A DNA stretch of 64,000 bases from NCBI GenBank assembly GCA_965249575.1, contig OZ252244.1, forward strand, positions 320,001 through 384,000, read 5' to 3'. The translations under genes were made by a program, and so were the position numbers. Below are positions 39,595-49,758 of the stretch, one piece after another. Under the pieces are notes generated by a model, which was not told where the DNA came from, made no database searches, and saw only the letters and a list, made by a program, of their open reading frames with translations. The DNA is from Gemmatimonadales bacterium. Lineage in GTDB: Bacteria > Gemmatimonadota > Gemmatimonadetes > Gemmatimonadales > GWC2-71-9. How positions within the stretch are numbered: position 1 is the stretch's first letter; every line of letters starts with the position of its first letter.

Positions 39595-40170
39595 TCAGTA
39601 TCCTGGCTCGTTCCCGGGCTTCCATTTGATGTTGCACCCCAGACTTGGCGTCTGTTCGGATGGGACTGCCCGACCCCCGAGAACCGCCGCAATCGCGGCT
39701 CGCAGGTCCGAGCCCGTCACCGGTACATTGTTTCCGGGACGGCTGCCGTCGAGCTGACCCCGGTAGACCAGGCTACCTCCCCCATCGAACAGAAAGAAAT
39801 CGGGCGTACACGCAGCCTGAAACGTCCTCGCGACCTCCTGGGTTGGATCCAGCAGGTACGGAAACGTCCAGCCTTCCGCCTGAGCAAGCGCTTTCATGTG
39901 CTCGGGGCCGTCCTGAGGATACGCCCCGATATCATTCGAGTTGATCGCTACCACTCCCAGCCCCTGACCGCCGTAGTCCGCGGGAACACGTCCCAGCTCC
40001 TGCCGAACGTGCTGGACGAATGGGCAGTGATTGCAGATAAACATGACGAGGAGCGCTTTGGACTCGCGGAAGTCCGCGGGCGTGACCACGGCACCGTCCA
40101 CCGCGTTCTGGAGTGAGAAAACAGGGAGGGCTGTGCCCCGCGCCAACATCGTCGAGGGAGTTCGTGCCAT
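39595..40170 (-). CDS. Thioredoxin-like AhpC/TSA family protein
   Basis: Motifs MFICNHCPFV, AACTPDFF, YRGQLD, SLGCNIKW. Confidence 0.92.
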   Translation of the reverse strand: MARTPSTMLARGTALPVFSLQNAVDGAVVTPADFRESKALLVMFICNHCPFVQHVRQELGRVPADYGGQGLGVVAINSNDIGAYPQDGPEHMKALAQAEGWTFPYLLDPTQEVARTFQAACTPDFFLFDGGGSLVYRGQLDGSRPGNNVPVTGSDLRAAIAAVLGGRAVPSEQTPSLGCNIKWKPGNEPGY

Positions 40171-40455
40171 GAAACGCCTCCAGCAGGATTGCTCCGACAT
40201 CGCACCGATCGTGGAAACGTCAACCGACCAGCGCCAAAGTCCGAGTACCTGACAGAATAACCTGCCGGAGCACCTCGTCGAAATCCCAGCAAACTACCCG
40301 ACCAGACCATGACGGGGTCGCGCGGGAGCTAATCAGTTGTCGTTACGAAGGGTGCACGAATCGCGCGTACGCCGGGTCACCCCCCCGGGGGGCCGGGCGA
40401 GGCGGCCAACTCGCTGCGCCGCGCCCGTCGGTGGGCGGGATGACCCGCAGGAGGA

Positions 40456-40832
40456 TTACGACTTGGCGACGAACGTTGTAAACGAGTCGACCTGCGTGCC
40501 ACCAATCTGCTGCACCAGAATCGTGACCCTCTTCGGACTCTGGCCCTCGACTTCCCAGGTGACGTCGAGCCCGTCAATCGTTTCCTGACCCGGCCCCAAC
40601 GCATCGTAGCCGGCACGCCGGAGCTCGTCGACCTTCGCGTTGACAACGTTCCAGGTAGCCGCAGTCCCTTCGCCACTGATCGCGAGCGGATTGGCAAATC
40701 CGCTTTCTGCGTCCCGCGCGTGGAAGAACGCGTATCCCTTTACGACAGGGGCGAGAGGCCCGAGAACGAGCGCTACAATCGCGATTCGGGAGCCTTCCGG
40801 GAAACGGCCGACGGCTTTGGAGCGCCGTCCAC
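40456..40832 (-). CDS. Hypothetical single-TM protein with pilin-like C-terminus; start uncertain, possibly frameshifted
   Basis: Hydrophobic IAIVALVLG stretch, then KVDELR...VTWEV....KRVTILV. No clean in-frame start after the upstream stop. Confidence 0.4.
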
Positions 40833-40837
40833 GCTCT

Positions 40838-42265
40838 TTACCTGATCGCAACCCGCGCGCGCGGCGGCGCGCCCTCCGGTCCGTTGTCCCAGTCCTGCAC
40901 GCTCGAGATGTTCGGCATGCCCCACTGATGGCCGTTCCAGCCGTCGAACCCATCCATCTCGACCGCCCAAAAACCACTTCGCTTGTCGCTAATGACGATC
41001 AGGCCGTCAGCGTTGCGGACGTCGACGCCGAACGCCCCATCCATCCCGCCGGCCTGGCCCGATCCCTCCGCGCCGCCCGGTAGGAGGCATTCGCACGTGT
41101 AGTAGTAGCCGACCGTGTAGGGATTGGTCGGGTCCATCATGTTGAATACTTGCAGGCCGTCCATGTAACCCGATACGAACACGTAGGGCCACCGGATCTC
41201 GTGGTTGTGCGCGTTGCCGTCCCAGGATCCGAGCCAGGCGCCGATCGGTCTGGAGATGTTCTTGACCTCCCCATCAAGCCCGGGCTTCAGGTCGAACAGC
41301 CGCAGCGGCGAGTATTGGTACTCGACCTCCGTGACCGCGTACCGTCCGTCGGGTGTCGGCGTCAACGTGTGACCATACGAGACGCCCGCGACGCCGGTGA
41401 TCGAGGTGATGAGCGTTGGCTGTTCGGGCTCAGATACATCGAAGACGTAATAACCGCCGAAGCCGGCGCCATAGAACTTGTCCTGTCGCGTCGCCGGATC
41501 GTAGGCGACGTAGAAGTCGTGGTATCCCCCGAACGGCGTGCCCTGAGTCTCCGGAACGGGCACCCGGGAGATGCGGCCCTGGCTCGCATCGCCGCTCAGA
41601 AACTTCTCCATGTCATAGATGTTGGCGTGGGCGGCGCGCACGGTCGTGAAGAGAAGCACGCGGCCATCCGAATGCTTGTATGCAAACATGTTGTGGAAGC
41701 CGCCCGGCGTCTCGGGCGTGCGGATGAGATCCACCAGTTTCACCGAGGTCGTATCGGGCAGGCCGGTCACGTCGAGAACGGCGGCGCCGACATCGGCGTT
41801 GAGACCCCCTTGCCGAAACTGGAGCGACGCTACGTCATAGTACCGGCCCTTCAGCTTGAAATACTTGTTGTCCATCCCACCGGAGGGATTGTGTAGCTCC
41901 TGCTGGTCGATCCGCCAGCTGTAGAGCAGCTTCGGCTTGCTCGGATCCTGGAGGCTGATGATGTCGACACCCTTCGAGGGAACGCGATGCGGCTGGTCTG
42001 ACCGCGGGAGAAAATCCCGCCGGGGCATGTACGCGTAGGGCCGACTCAATTCCTGCTCTACCTCGATGTCCGCCGTGGTGCGGGACCAACCCAATGGAAG
42101 GTGTCCGACCACTCGGACGTTCCGGCTCCCGCCATGATGAGGGTTGCGCAGGCTGTTGTCCGGATCGTTCATCGCTCGGGTCTGCGCATGCGCAGCGGAA
42201 ACCAGGCCGGTTCCCAATGCGATCGTCAGGCCAATCGTTGCGAACATTGCGTGTTGACGTACCAT
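40838..42265 (-). CDS. Secreted LVIVD-like beta-propeller protein, paralog 7
   Basis: Signal peptide ending AHA-Q; same family motifs, TCEC, and the C-terminal tail. Confidence 0.85.
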   Translation of the reverse strand: MVRQHAMFATIGLTIALGTGLVSAAHAQTRAMNDPDNSLRNPHHGGSRNVRVVGHLPLGWSRTTADIEVEQELSRPYAYMPRRDFLPRSDQPHRVPSKGVDIISLQDPSKPKLLYSWRIDQQELHNPSGGMDNKYFKLKGRYYDVASLQFRQGGLNADVGAAVLDVTGLPDTTSVKLVDLIRTPETPGGFHNMFAYKHSDGRVLLFTTVRAAHANIYDMEKFLSGDASQGRISRVPVPETQGTPFGGYHDFYVAYDPATRQDKFYGAGFGGYYVFDVSEPEQPTLITSITGVAGVSYGHTLTPTPDGRYAVTEVEYQYSPLRLFDLKPGLDGEVKNISRPIGAWLGSWDGNAHNHEIRWPYVFVSGYMDGLQVFNMMDPTNPYTVGYYYTCECLLPGGAEGSGQAGGMDGAFGVDVRNADGLIVISDKRSGFWAVEMDGFDGWNGHQWGMPNISSVQDWDNGPEGAPPRARVAIR

Positions 42266-42474
42266 ATTGAGCACCCTCTTGGTGAATGAAGGTCGGAACG
42301 CGGGCGGCTAGGATACCTAGCCAGCAGATGAGGAGCTAGGACGCTAGCGGCCCGCGGAGACTTGGCACCCCCGCCCGTTGGGAGTTTAGACGGTTGGTAC
42401 CTCCAAAGGGTTTCAGCCGGCTTCGACTGGCGGCGCCCGGAGCGGCCGGGCGAGCTCACAAGCGAGGAAGGACT

Positions 42475-42933
42475 ATGCATCATCACACCCTCATGGCGTT
42501 GTGCACCCTCCTGGTGACAGCATGCGGAGTTGAGGTCCGAGTCGACCAGGACGGCGACCCGACAGCGGACCGCCAGGTCGAGGAGGCCTTGAACGTCTCC
42601 TTCGATGCGTTCAGTTCCGGCGACTCCGCCGGCCTGTACGACATCACGACCGATGATTTCGCGTTGGTTGAATACGGGCGGTGGCCGATCAACACTCTCC
42701 TTAAGTGGATGCTGGGACGAGAGGAGGGTGCTGAAGCGCGGTTCGTAACGGGCAATCTCCTGACCCGCGTCTACGGCTCGCACGCGTACGTCGTCTACGA
42801 CAATCAGCTCACCGCAGTTAGTGCCGAGTCGGGTGACAGCAGCCGGTCCTTCCTCGAGAGCGCCCTCTTTCGCATTCAAGGAGGAAGTTGGAAGGTCGCC
42901 CTGATCCACTCGACCAGGATGGACTCGGAGTAG
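42475..42933 (+). CDS. Lipoprotein with NTF2/DUF4440-like domain
   Basis: RBS GAGGAAGG, lipobox LLVTAC, C-terminal WKVALIHST. Confidence 0.75.
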   Translation: MHHHTLMALCTLLVTACGVEVRVDQDGDPTADRQVEEALNVSFDAFSSGDSAGLYDITTDDFALVEYGRWPINTLLKWMLGREEGAEARFVTGNLLTRVYGSHAYVVYDNQLTAVSAESGDSSRSFLESALFRIQGGSWKVALIHSTRMDSE

Positions 42934-42981
42934 GAAGCTGAACGGAAACAGCGCGAGGGACTCGTTAGGACAGGTCTGCGA

Positions 42982-44217
42982 TCAAAAGCGTCCGGGATCG
43001 AATGGCTTCCGATCGATACTGGAGCGTCCTTCGAGGATCAGATCGGCGAGTAGGACGGCCGTAGCGGGGGCGAGCGTCACCCCGAGCATCGCGTGCCCCG
43101 TGGCGACATGGACGTTTGGGACAGATGGAAGCGGTCCGATGATTGGCAACCCATCGGGGGTGATCGGCCGCATGCCGACCCAATCCGTCCGCTCGGAGCC
43201 GCTCAACGCATTTGGGAGAAATGCTGCCGCCGATCGCTCGAGCGCGGCAATCCGCTTGTTGTCGAGCCGGAGGTTGAGTCCCGACAGCTCCATCGTGCCG
43301 GCAAGGCGGAGCGCCCCTTCGAACGGGGTCACCCCGATCTTGGCCTCCGCTAGGTACAGGGGCTGGCTGAGCTGCATCGGGGGATGCCGGACCGTGATGC
43401 TGTAGCCCTTGCCCGCCTGAACGGGGAGGCGGGCGCCGAAGCGAGAGGCCAGCTCACCGGACCAGGCACCTGCGGCGATTACGAACGCATCGCCCTCGAC
43501 CGGTCCGGCGGCGGTCGCGACTGCACGCACGACACCGCGCTCCCGAACCGGTCCACCGACCGACACCGCCTCCTTGATCTCAACACCCATCTCGCCGATC
43601 CGCGAGGCGAGCGCCGCGCAAAGCTTCTCTGGCCGCACGTGCCGCTCGCGTGGCATCAGGAATCCGCCAGCCATATCGCCCGCGAGCGCCGGCTCGCGCT
43701 CCCCGAGCTCCGAGCCGGAAAGGACCCGAGCGGGTTCATATCCGAACGGTTCCAAGCCGCGGAGATCGGCGAGGGTGTGTTCCATTTCGCGGCTGGTGCG
43801 AAAGACGAACAACACCCCGCGGCGCTCCATTTCGAATGGCTCGAGATCGCGTCCCAGGTCGTCGTACGTCGACAGGGTCACCTCGTTGAGAGCCGCAACC
43901 GCACGCAACCCCGATTCGTAGTCGGCTGTATTGCAGTACCGCCTGAACGCTAGGAGCCAGGAAAGCAACCGCGGAAGGACGGTCGGCTTGATATAGAGCG
44001 GGCTCTCGGAGCGGAGGAGCCAGCCGAGGGATTTTAGGGTGAGGCCCGGTGCGGGAAGTGGTGCGGACAGAGCCGGCGTAATCCAGCCGGCATTGCCGGC
44101 CGAGCAGGCTTGGCCAGCGCGCGATCGATCGACCAGGACCACGCTGGCCCCGCGCCGCCGGAGCTCATAGGCGCACTGAAGCCCAATGACGCCCGCACCG
44201 ATTACGACGATCCGCAC
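42982..44217 (-). CDS. D-amino acid dehydrogenase family FAD oxidoreductase (DadA-like)
   Basis: Motifs GAGVIG, SAGNAG, GKGYS, GMRPITPDGLP, GHAMLG. Confidence 0.92.
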   Translation of the reverse strand: MRIVVIGAGVIGLQCAYELRRRGASVVLVDRSRAGQACSAGNAGWITPALSAPLPAPGLTLKSLGWLLRSESPLYIKPTVLPRLLSWLLAFRRYCNTADYESGLRAVAALNEVTLSTYDDLGRDLEPFEMERRGVLFVFRTSREMEHTLADLRGLEPFGYEPARVLSGSELGEREPALAGDMAGGFLMPRERHVRPEKLCAALASRIGEMGVEIKEAVSVGGPVRERGVVRAVATAAGPVEGDAFVIAAGAWSGELASRFGARLPVQAGKGYSITVRHPPMQLSQPLYLAEAKIGVTPFEGALRLAGTMELSGLNLRLDNKRIAALERSAAAFLPNALSGSERTDWVGMRPITPDGLPIIGPLPSVPNVHVATGHAMLGVTLAPATAVLLADLILEGRSSIDRKPFDPGRF

Positions 44218-44232
44218 GTGCTGACTCGATCT

Positions 44233-45312
44233 CTAGAGGCCTTCGAACGCCTTAACCGCCGAGCCCCTCCGCCTGGCCGAGACGCGTTCCTCGGCCAGGC
44301 AATCGGCGGCTTCCGCGGTGCTAATACCTCGCTCGTCGGCCGTCGCGATCACTCTGAGGGTCTGATCGTAGATCTTGGAGACCCGCTCCAGGACCGCCTC
44401 CTCGTTCACCTCTCCCAGCACCTCCGCCTGGCAACGGATCAGCCCTCCCGAATTCACGAGGTAGTCCGGCGCGTAGATAATGCCCCGCCCCACCAGGGCG
44501 TCGGCGTGCCGCGGCTCAGCCAACACGTTGTTGGCGGCACCGGCAATGCCCTTGCAGCGGAGTCGCGGGATCGTCTCGTCGTTGACCACGGCGCCTACCG
44601 AGCACGGGGAGAACACGTCACACTCCACCGCGAAGATCTCACGCGGGTCGACTACATCCGCTCCGAACTCCGTGCTGGCGCGCGTTGCAGCTTCGCCGGA
44701 CACGTCCGCCACAGTGAGTCTCGCCCCGCCCTCGTGGCAGTACTTGGCCACGTGGTATCCGACATGGCCGACTCCATGGATGGCGATCCGCCGGTTCGAA
44801 AGCGTATCGCTGCCGAGGGCGGCCTCGAGTATCGCTCGGATACCCATCGTGACGCCATACGCGGTCGCGAACGACGGGTCCCCAGGCCCTCCCGCCTTAT
44901 CGTGCACGCACGATACGAACGGCGTCTCCGCCCGAAGCGCCGCCATGTCCTCGGACGACGTTCCGATGTCCTGGCCGGCGATGTACTCCCCGCCGAGGGA
45001 ATCCACGAAGCGGCCCATGGCACAGAGGAGCGCCTCGGTCTTTTGAGTCGTGGGATCGCCGATGATCACCGACTTACCCCCACCGAGATCGACTCCACTG
45101 ATGGCGGCCTTGTAGGTCATGCCCCGGGCCAGACGCAGGACGTCCTCGAGCGCCTCAGCCTCCGTGTCGTACGGCCGCATCCGCACCCCGCCGAGTGCCG
45201 GGCCCAGCGTCGTATCGTGTATGGCTATGATTGCCTTGAGGCCGGAGGCGTTGTCGTTACAGAAGACCACCTTCCGATAATCGTACCGGCCCAGTTGCTC
45301 GAAAACGCGCAT
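44233..45312 (-). CDS. Leu/Phe/Val dehydrogenase
   Basis: Motifs IHDTTLGPALGG, GMTYK, GGGKSVI, GVGHVG, GAANN, YAPDY..NSGG. ATG at 45312. Confidence 0.93.
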   Translation of the reverse strand: MRVFEQLGRYDYRKVVFCNDNASGLKAIIAIHDTTLGPALGGVRMRPYDTEAEALEDVLRLARGMTYKAAISGVDLGGGKSVIIGDPTTQKTEALLCAMGRFVDSLGGEYIAGQDIGTSSEDMAALRAETPFVSCVHDKAGGPGDPSFATAYGVTMGIRAILEAALGSDTLSNRRIAIHGVGHVGYHVAKYCHEGGARLTVADVSGEAATRASTEFGADVVDPREIFAVECDVFSPCSVGAVVNDETIPRLRCKGIAGAANNVLAEPRHADALVGRGIIYAPDYLVNSGGLIRCQAEVLGEVNEEAVLERVSKIYDQTLRVIATADERGISTAEAADCLAEERVSARRRGSAVKAFEGL

Positions 45313-45444
45313 CCCCCCTCCTGAATGGCCGTGCAAACTATGGGCAGGCTCGTCATCCTCAGCAAGAGAGCGAACGTCCGAGAGTCGCGCGCTCACGTGC
45401 GCGGCCCGTGTGCACGGGCGGCAACGTCTAACGCGACCCCATCG

Positions 45445-45957
45445 TCACGTACCGCTCGAGACGGGCGGAGACTCGATCTCCGCTTCGAACACCGTGGCGC
45501 CGTTGGGAAGGATCAAGCGGTCCAGCTCGACGCGCCCGCCACGCTTCAAGTGCACGATGTGCCGCTCATTGCGCATCCAACCGACCCGATCGAGGGACTC
45601 GATGCCGAGCTGCATCATTTCGATCTTCAACTCGTGCGGCAGATCCCGCGCTACATCTAAGTGCCGCCGGGCACGGGGGAGAGAACGGGCAATTGGCCGT
45701 CCCCTGGTCAGCAGCACTTCCACCTCTCTCGCCGTGCGCCGCGCGCCGTGTTGCTCGACCGTCAGCTTCAACGTCGCTGTGGGCGTCCCCGACCCCGACC
45801 GTATCCTGAAGGTAGCCGCCCGATCGGCAAGCGCCCAATCTCGGTCGAAGTAGACGTTCAGCTGCAGGCACACCTCGACACGGCCGGCCGACTTCAGCCT
45901 CTCAAAACCAGCCTCGTCCAGTTCGAACTTCGTCTCGACCTCAAGATTGGCCACCAC
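45445..45957 (-). CDS. CYTH domain protein (appears C-terminally short)
   Basis: ExExK motif (EVETKF), QLNVYFD, FRIR, LKL, FEAEIE. Confidence 0.75.
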   Translation of the reverse strand: MVANLEVETKFELDEAGFERLKSAGRVEVCLQLNVYFDRDWALADRAATFRIRSGSGTPTATLKLTVEQHGARRTAREVEVLLTRGRPIARSLPRARRHLDVARDLPHELKIEMMQLGIESLDRVGWMRNERHIVHLKRGGRVELDRLILPNGATVFEAEIESPPVSSGT

Positions 45958-46127
45958 GTTACCAACCGCGTTCGCGTTGCACGGGATCATTGCCTACGAG
46001 ATAGTCCGGTTGACTTACCACCCTGAGCCGGGTGTTGACGGCGGGGGAACCCATAGAGCAGCCGCATCCACCCCGGTGAATATACCCAGCGGCCCTCGAC
46101 AGGTTGGCCCGTCAACTCTCGCATACA

Positions 46128-48128
46128 TCAAATTTTGTTGGTGTGTTTTGTCGCTCCAAAGATCTCGACCGCCCGGGTGAGCGCGTCCGGCTCCCCCACC
46201 AACACGACGGCGTCCCGTGGCGCGAATACGAACTCCGGGTCGGGAGTGTAGTACGGCCGGCCGTTTCGCACCGCGGCGACGACCACCGCGCCGGTTCGGG
46301 CTCGAAGGCGCAGTGAGGTCGGGTTCTCCCCTACCGCGGCCGACCCTTCTGCCACATCCACGATCTTGACGGCGTCGTGGAGCTTGAGGTAGCGGAACGG
46401 ATCGATCCGGATGTCGGGCTGCGCCTCGCCACGGAGCAGGCCGTAGTGTTCGCTCCGCACCGCTTCGACCTCCGCGTGGATGGTCTCCGACGGCACCTCA
46501 TAGTGTTCGAGTACCTTCGCGAACAGCTCGAGGGCGGCCTCGAACTCCTCCACCACAACATCTGTCGCGCCCAGTTGTTCCAGATCGTCGATCGCGGTCA
46601 CGAATCGGGTGCGGACGATGACGTGCAGCGCAGGGTTGAGATACCGGGCGACCGACACGCCACGACGCTCATCCCCGGGCGAGGAGATGCTGTAGACGAT
46701 GACACGGGCGCGGGTGATGCCCACTCGCTCGAGCACCTCCCGCTGCGTTCCGTCGCCGAAAAACATGGGCTCTCCACTCCTACGCCCCGCCCGCACCGCT
46801 TGGCCATTCTGTTCGAGGATGATGTAGGGAAAGCCCGCCGCCTTGAGGACCCGGGACAACGAGCGCCCGGCCAAGCCCCACCCCACAATGATCGCGTGGC
46901 CTGTCAGGCCCGAGACCCGTTTCTTCTCATGCGGCAGGACCTCGAGAGCCGAGCGACCGAGGAATCTGGAAACCCCCGCCGCGACCGGCCGGGAAACGCT
47001 GATGAGCAGCGGTGCCGCAAGCATGGAAAGGACCGAGGCACCTAGAAACAGCTGATTCGTGCGCTCGTCCAGAATCCCGTACGGCGCGGCGGCGTTGGCC
47101 AACACGAACGAGAACTCCCCCACCTGCGCGAGGCCCAGGCCCGTGAGCAGGCTCACTTCGAGTGATCGCCGCGTGGTTCGGACGACGCCGGTGGTCACCA
47201 CGACCTTTATGACCGCGATGGCCACGGCGCCTCCAAGCACCACCGGCGCGTTGACGGCGACGAAGTTGACGTCCAGCAGCATCCCCACCGACATGAAGAA
47301 GATCCCGCTAAACGTGTCCCGAAACGGAAGGACGTCGGAGAGCGCGTGCAGACCATACTCTGACTCCGAGATCACGAGGCCAGCCATGAAGGCCCCGATC
47401 TCGAGCGAGAGACCGAGCAACGAGGCAATGTAGGCGGCGGAGAGCCCAAACAATCCGATGCAGAGCGTGAAGAGCTCCCGATTGCGCAGCCCCACGATGC
47501 GCTCTAGCACGGCCGGCACGATCCAGCGACCCGCGGCGACCACTGCCACCAGGGAGACGACACTTCCGAACACGCTGGTCAGTGTGCGGACCACCCCCTC
47601 GCCCGCCGTCGAGCCGCCGAGGAGGGGAACCAGCACGATGAGGAGCACGACGGCGAGATCCTGAAACAGGAGAATCGCGAGTGCCACACGGCCGTGCGGC
47701 GTATCCAGCTCCCCGCGGTCAGCGTAGAGCTTGAGGACGATCGCCGTTGAGCTCAGCGCCACGAGCGCTCCCAGCAGCAGGGCCTCGTTGAGCCCCCCAC
47801 CAAGCCACACGGACAACAGCGCTACGATCGCGACAGTCATAAAGACCTGTAACGAGCCGGCCTGGACTACCAAGCGCCCGATCTTGATGATGCGCGACAG
47901 CGAGAGTTCGAGGCCGATCGCGAATAGCAACAGCACGACGCCCAGATCGGCCAGGCCGTCGACCGCCGTCACCTCGGGGATGAGCCCAATCGCATGCGGG
48001 CCGACCGCGATCCCCGTCAACAAGAAGCCCACCACCGTGGGGACCTTGAAGTACTGCGCCACCCCGACCACAGGGATTGCCACCGCTACGAGAATGACGA
48101 GATCGCGAAGGAGACTCAGGTCATGCAT
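46128..48128 (-). CDS. CPA2/Kef-type cation:proton antiporter with TrkA_N and TrkA_C (RCK) domains
   Basis: Motifs LLFAIGLE, SSTAIV, LLFQD, GAFMAG, QVGEFSF, GWGLAG; C-terminal RCK_C-like region. Confidence 0.93.
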   Translation of the reverse strand: MHDLSLLRDLVILVAVAIPVVGVAQYFKVPTVVGFLLTGIAVGPHAIGLIPEVTAVDGLADLGVVLLLFAIGLELSLSRIIKIGRLVVQAGSLQVFMTVAIVALLSVWLGGGLNEALLLGALVALSSTAIVLKLYADRGELDTPHGRVALAILLFQDLAVVLLIVLVPLLGGSTAGEGVVRTLTSVFGSVVSLVAVVAAGRWIVPAVLERIVGLRNRELFTLCIGLFGLSAAYIASLLGLSLEIGAFMAGLVISESEYGLHALSDVLPFRDTFSGIFFMSVGMLLDVNFVAVNAPVVLGGAVAIAVIKVVVTTGVVRTTRRSLEVSLLTGLGLAQVGEFSFVLANAAAPYGILDERTNQLFLGASVLSMLAAPLLISVSRPVAAGVSRFLGRSALEVLPHEKKRVSGLTGHAIIVGWGLAGRSLSRVLKAAGFPYIILEQNGQAVRAGRRSGEPMFFGDGTQREVLERVGITRARVIVYSISSPGDERRGVSVARYLNPALHVIVRTRFVTAIDDLEQLGATDVVVEEFEAALELFAKVLEHYEVPSETIHAEVEAVRSEHYGLLRGEAQPDIRIDPFRYLKLHDAVKIVDVAEGSAAVGENPTSLRLRARTGAVVVAAVRNGRPYYTPDPEFVFAPRDAVVLVGEPDALTRAVEIFGATKHTNKI

Positions 48129-48396
48129 AGTCGAAATCGGACCGGCCGGCCGGCGGATGGGGGCACATCCAGATTAAGGAGAGGACGACCCCTAGCAGCT
48201 TCCGAGCATCGATTCGCATTGCGGCCACCCCCGCCCCCAGTCAATGGCGAAAATCTAACCGCCCGCCGCAAGAAACCCGCGTCCCCACCGCTCCGGCGAT
48301 CGCGTCGCTCCGAGCCCTATCCAACTGGAATGGCTCGAGTTAGCGCGCCGAGCCACAGCCGGTGGCCCGAGGCCATGCGCGGGGAATCACCTCAAG

Positions 48397-48412
48397 TGTG
48401 ACGAACCTCACG
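48397..48412. promoter_or_regulatory. CRP/FNR-family-like binding site candidate
   Basis: TGTGA-CGAACC-TCACG, a 9/10 match to TGTGA-N6-TCACA, about 80 bp upstream of the OMP gene. Confidence 0.3.
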
Positions 48413-48491
48413 CCGATAATCCACAGGAATCCGGAAATTCTCCACCCCACTCCAATCCAACGCTTGGCCAACACGGAAGCCAGGAGGCACA

Positions 48492-49115
48492 ATGAGACAC
48501 CTGTACGCACGCATCACCACCCTAGGAGTGGTCGCGGTGCTCGCCACCGGGATCACGCCCGGCCGTGCCCATGCTCAGCTCATGCCAAAGTTCGGGATCA
48601 TGGCGGGCGGCAACGTCGAAGCCCTGGCCGACCTCGACGGTGCGACCACGCTCAACGCGGTCTTTGGTGTGTCCAGCGGCTATCACTTCGGCGCCTTTGC
48701 CGATATCGGAACGCCCATCGTCGGCATTCGCCCAGCCGCTATCTACCTCAATGCAGGATCGCTGTTCGCCGGCGCCACTTTCCTATCGGTGGACAATTTC
48801 AAGGTCAGTTACCTCACCTTCCCGATCGACGTGCAGCTCAACGCCATTCCCGTGCTGTACCTCTTCGCGGGTCCAGAGTTTCAGGTCATGGTGTCGAGCG
48901 GCGCTCCGAGCGAGTTCGAGAGTAGCATCAAGTCCTTCACCGCCAAGGGTGGGGTCGGACTGGGATTCGATTTCGGGCCGGTGTTCATCGAGAGCCGCTA
49001 CTTGTTCAGCCTGACCAAGCTCACAGAATCGACATATCAGATCGGGGCCATCACGGTAACTGGCGCCGATCAGGCGAGCAGTGCAGTTCGATTCAGTCTC
49101 GGCGTCTCCTTCTAG
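48492..49115 (+). CDS. Outer-membrane beta-barrel (porin family) protein
   Basis: AGGAGG RBS, signal peptide ending AHA-Q, alternating beta-strands, terminal Phe (LGVSF). Confidence 0.85.
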   Translation: MRHLYARITTLGVVAVLATGITPGRAHAQLMPKFGIMAGGNVEALADLDGATTLNAVFGVSSGYHFGAFADIGTPIVGIRPAAIYLNAGSLFAGATFLSVDNFKVSYLTFPIDVQLNAIPVLYLFAGPEFQVMVSSGAPSEFESSIKSFTAKGGVGLGFDFGPVFIESRYLFSLTKLTESTYQIGAITVTGADQASSAVRFSLGVSF

Positions 49116-49137
49116 CCACTTCGGTATTCTCCGCACG

Positions 49138-49174
49138 ACGAAGGGGGCGCCCCGGAAGGGCGCCCCCTTCGTTT
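49138..49174 (+). terminator. Rho-independent terminator
   Basis: 15-bp perfect stem ACGAAGGGGGCGCCC / GGGCGCCCCCTTCGT, 5-nt loop, short T run, just after the OMP stop. Confidence 0.8.
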
Positions 49175-49299
49175 GGAGAGCAGAGGGTCGCGAAATACCT
49201 GTTGCCGGCAACCGGCCGAGGGCAGACCCCTTTTTATTCCGTCGATGCCATGACAAACTTCGGGGCGACCTCGATAGCGTCCACCCATTCTCCACCGCT

Positions 49300-49710
49300 A
49301 TGACCGAAGATCTCCAACAAGAAGGCGCGCCACGCGAGGCCAGAATCGTCGGATGGGCGCGTGTCTACCCGGCGCTCAGGCCCTCGATCTCGAGGAGCTT
49401 ACGCCGCGGAGCCTGGTATCCGATCGTCGACGATACCCTGCCAGACCGCGTGTCGGTCCTGATGGGGCGTCGCCCGGTCGACGTCCCGCGCCGTCTGCTC
49501 AAGATCCGGCGTGCCCGTCCTCAATACTTCACGGTGGTCAGCCGCGTCGGCTATCAGCGCGACGGGAAGCGCGAGTCACTCTACAACCTGGGGAAGCAGT
49601 ATGCCGTCTGCCCCATCTGCTCGCACCGGAACGCGATATGGGGCCGCCCGGTGACCAAACAGTGTTCCGAATGCGCCTACGAAGGGGAGGTGGGTTGGTG
49701 GGAAGAATGA
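49300..49710 (+). CDS. Hypothetical protein with C-terminal zinc ribbon
   Basis: ATG at 49300; LRRGAWYP, CPIC...CSEC. Confidence 0.7.
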   Translation: MTEDLQQEGAPREARIVGWARVYPALRPSISRSLRRGAWYPIVDDTLPDRVSVLMGRRPVDVPRRLLKIRRARPQYFTVVSRVGYQRDGKRESLYNLGKQYAVCPICSHRNAIWGRPVTKQCSECAYEGEVGWWEE

Positions 49711-49758
49711 CGATGAGACGGGGGGATTTCGAGCGGGTAAGATATCCGAAGCGACTCG

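Noticed and set aside
42299..42356. Hammerhead ribozyme
   Set aside because: The junction has CAGATGA rather than CTGATGA and lacks the GAAA core.
48128..48492. c-di-AMP (ydaO) riboswitch upstream of the Kef-type antiporter
   Set aside because: I looked for the conserved ydaO blocks on the minus strand and did not find them.
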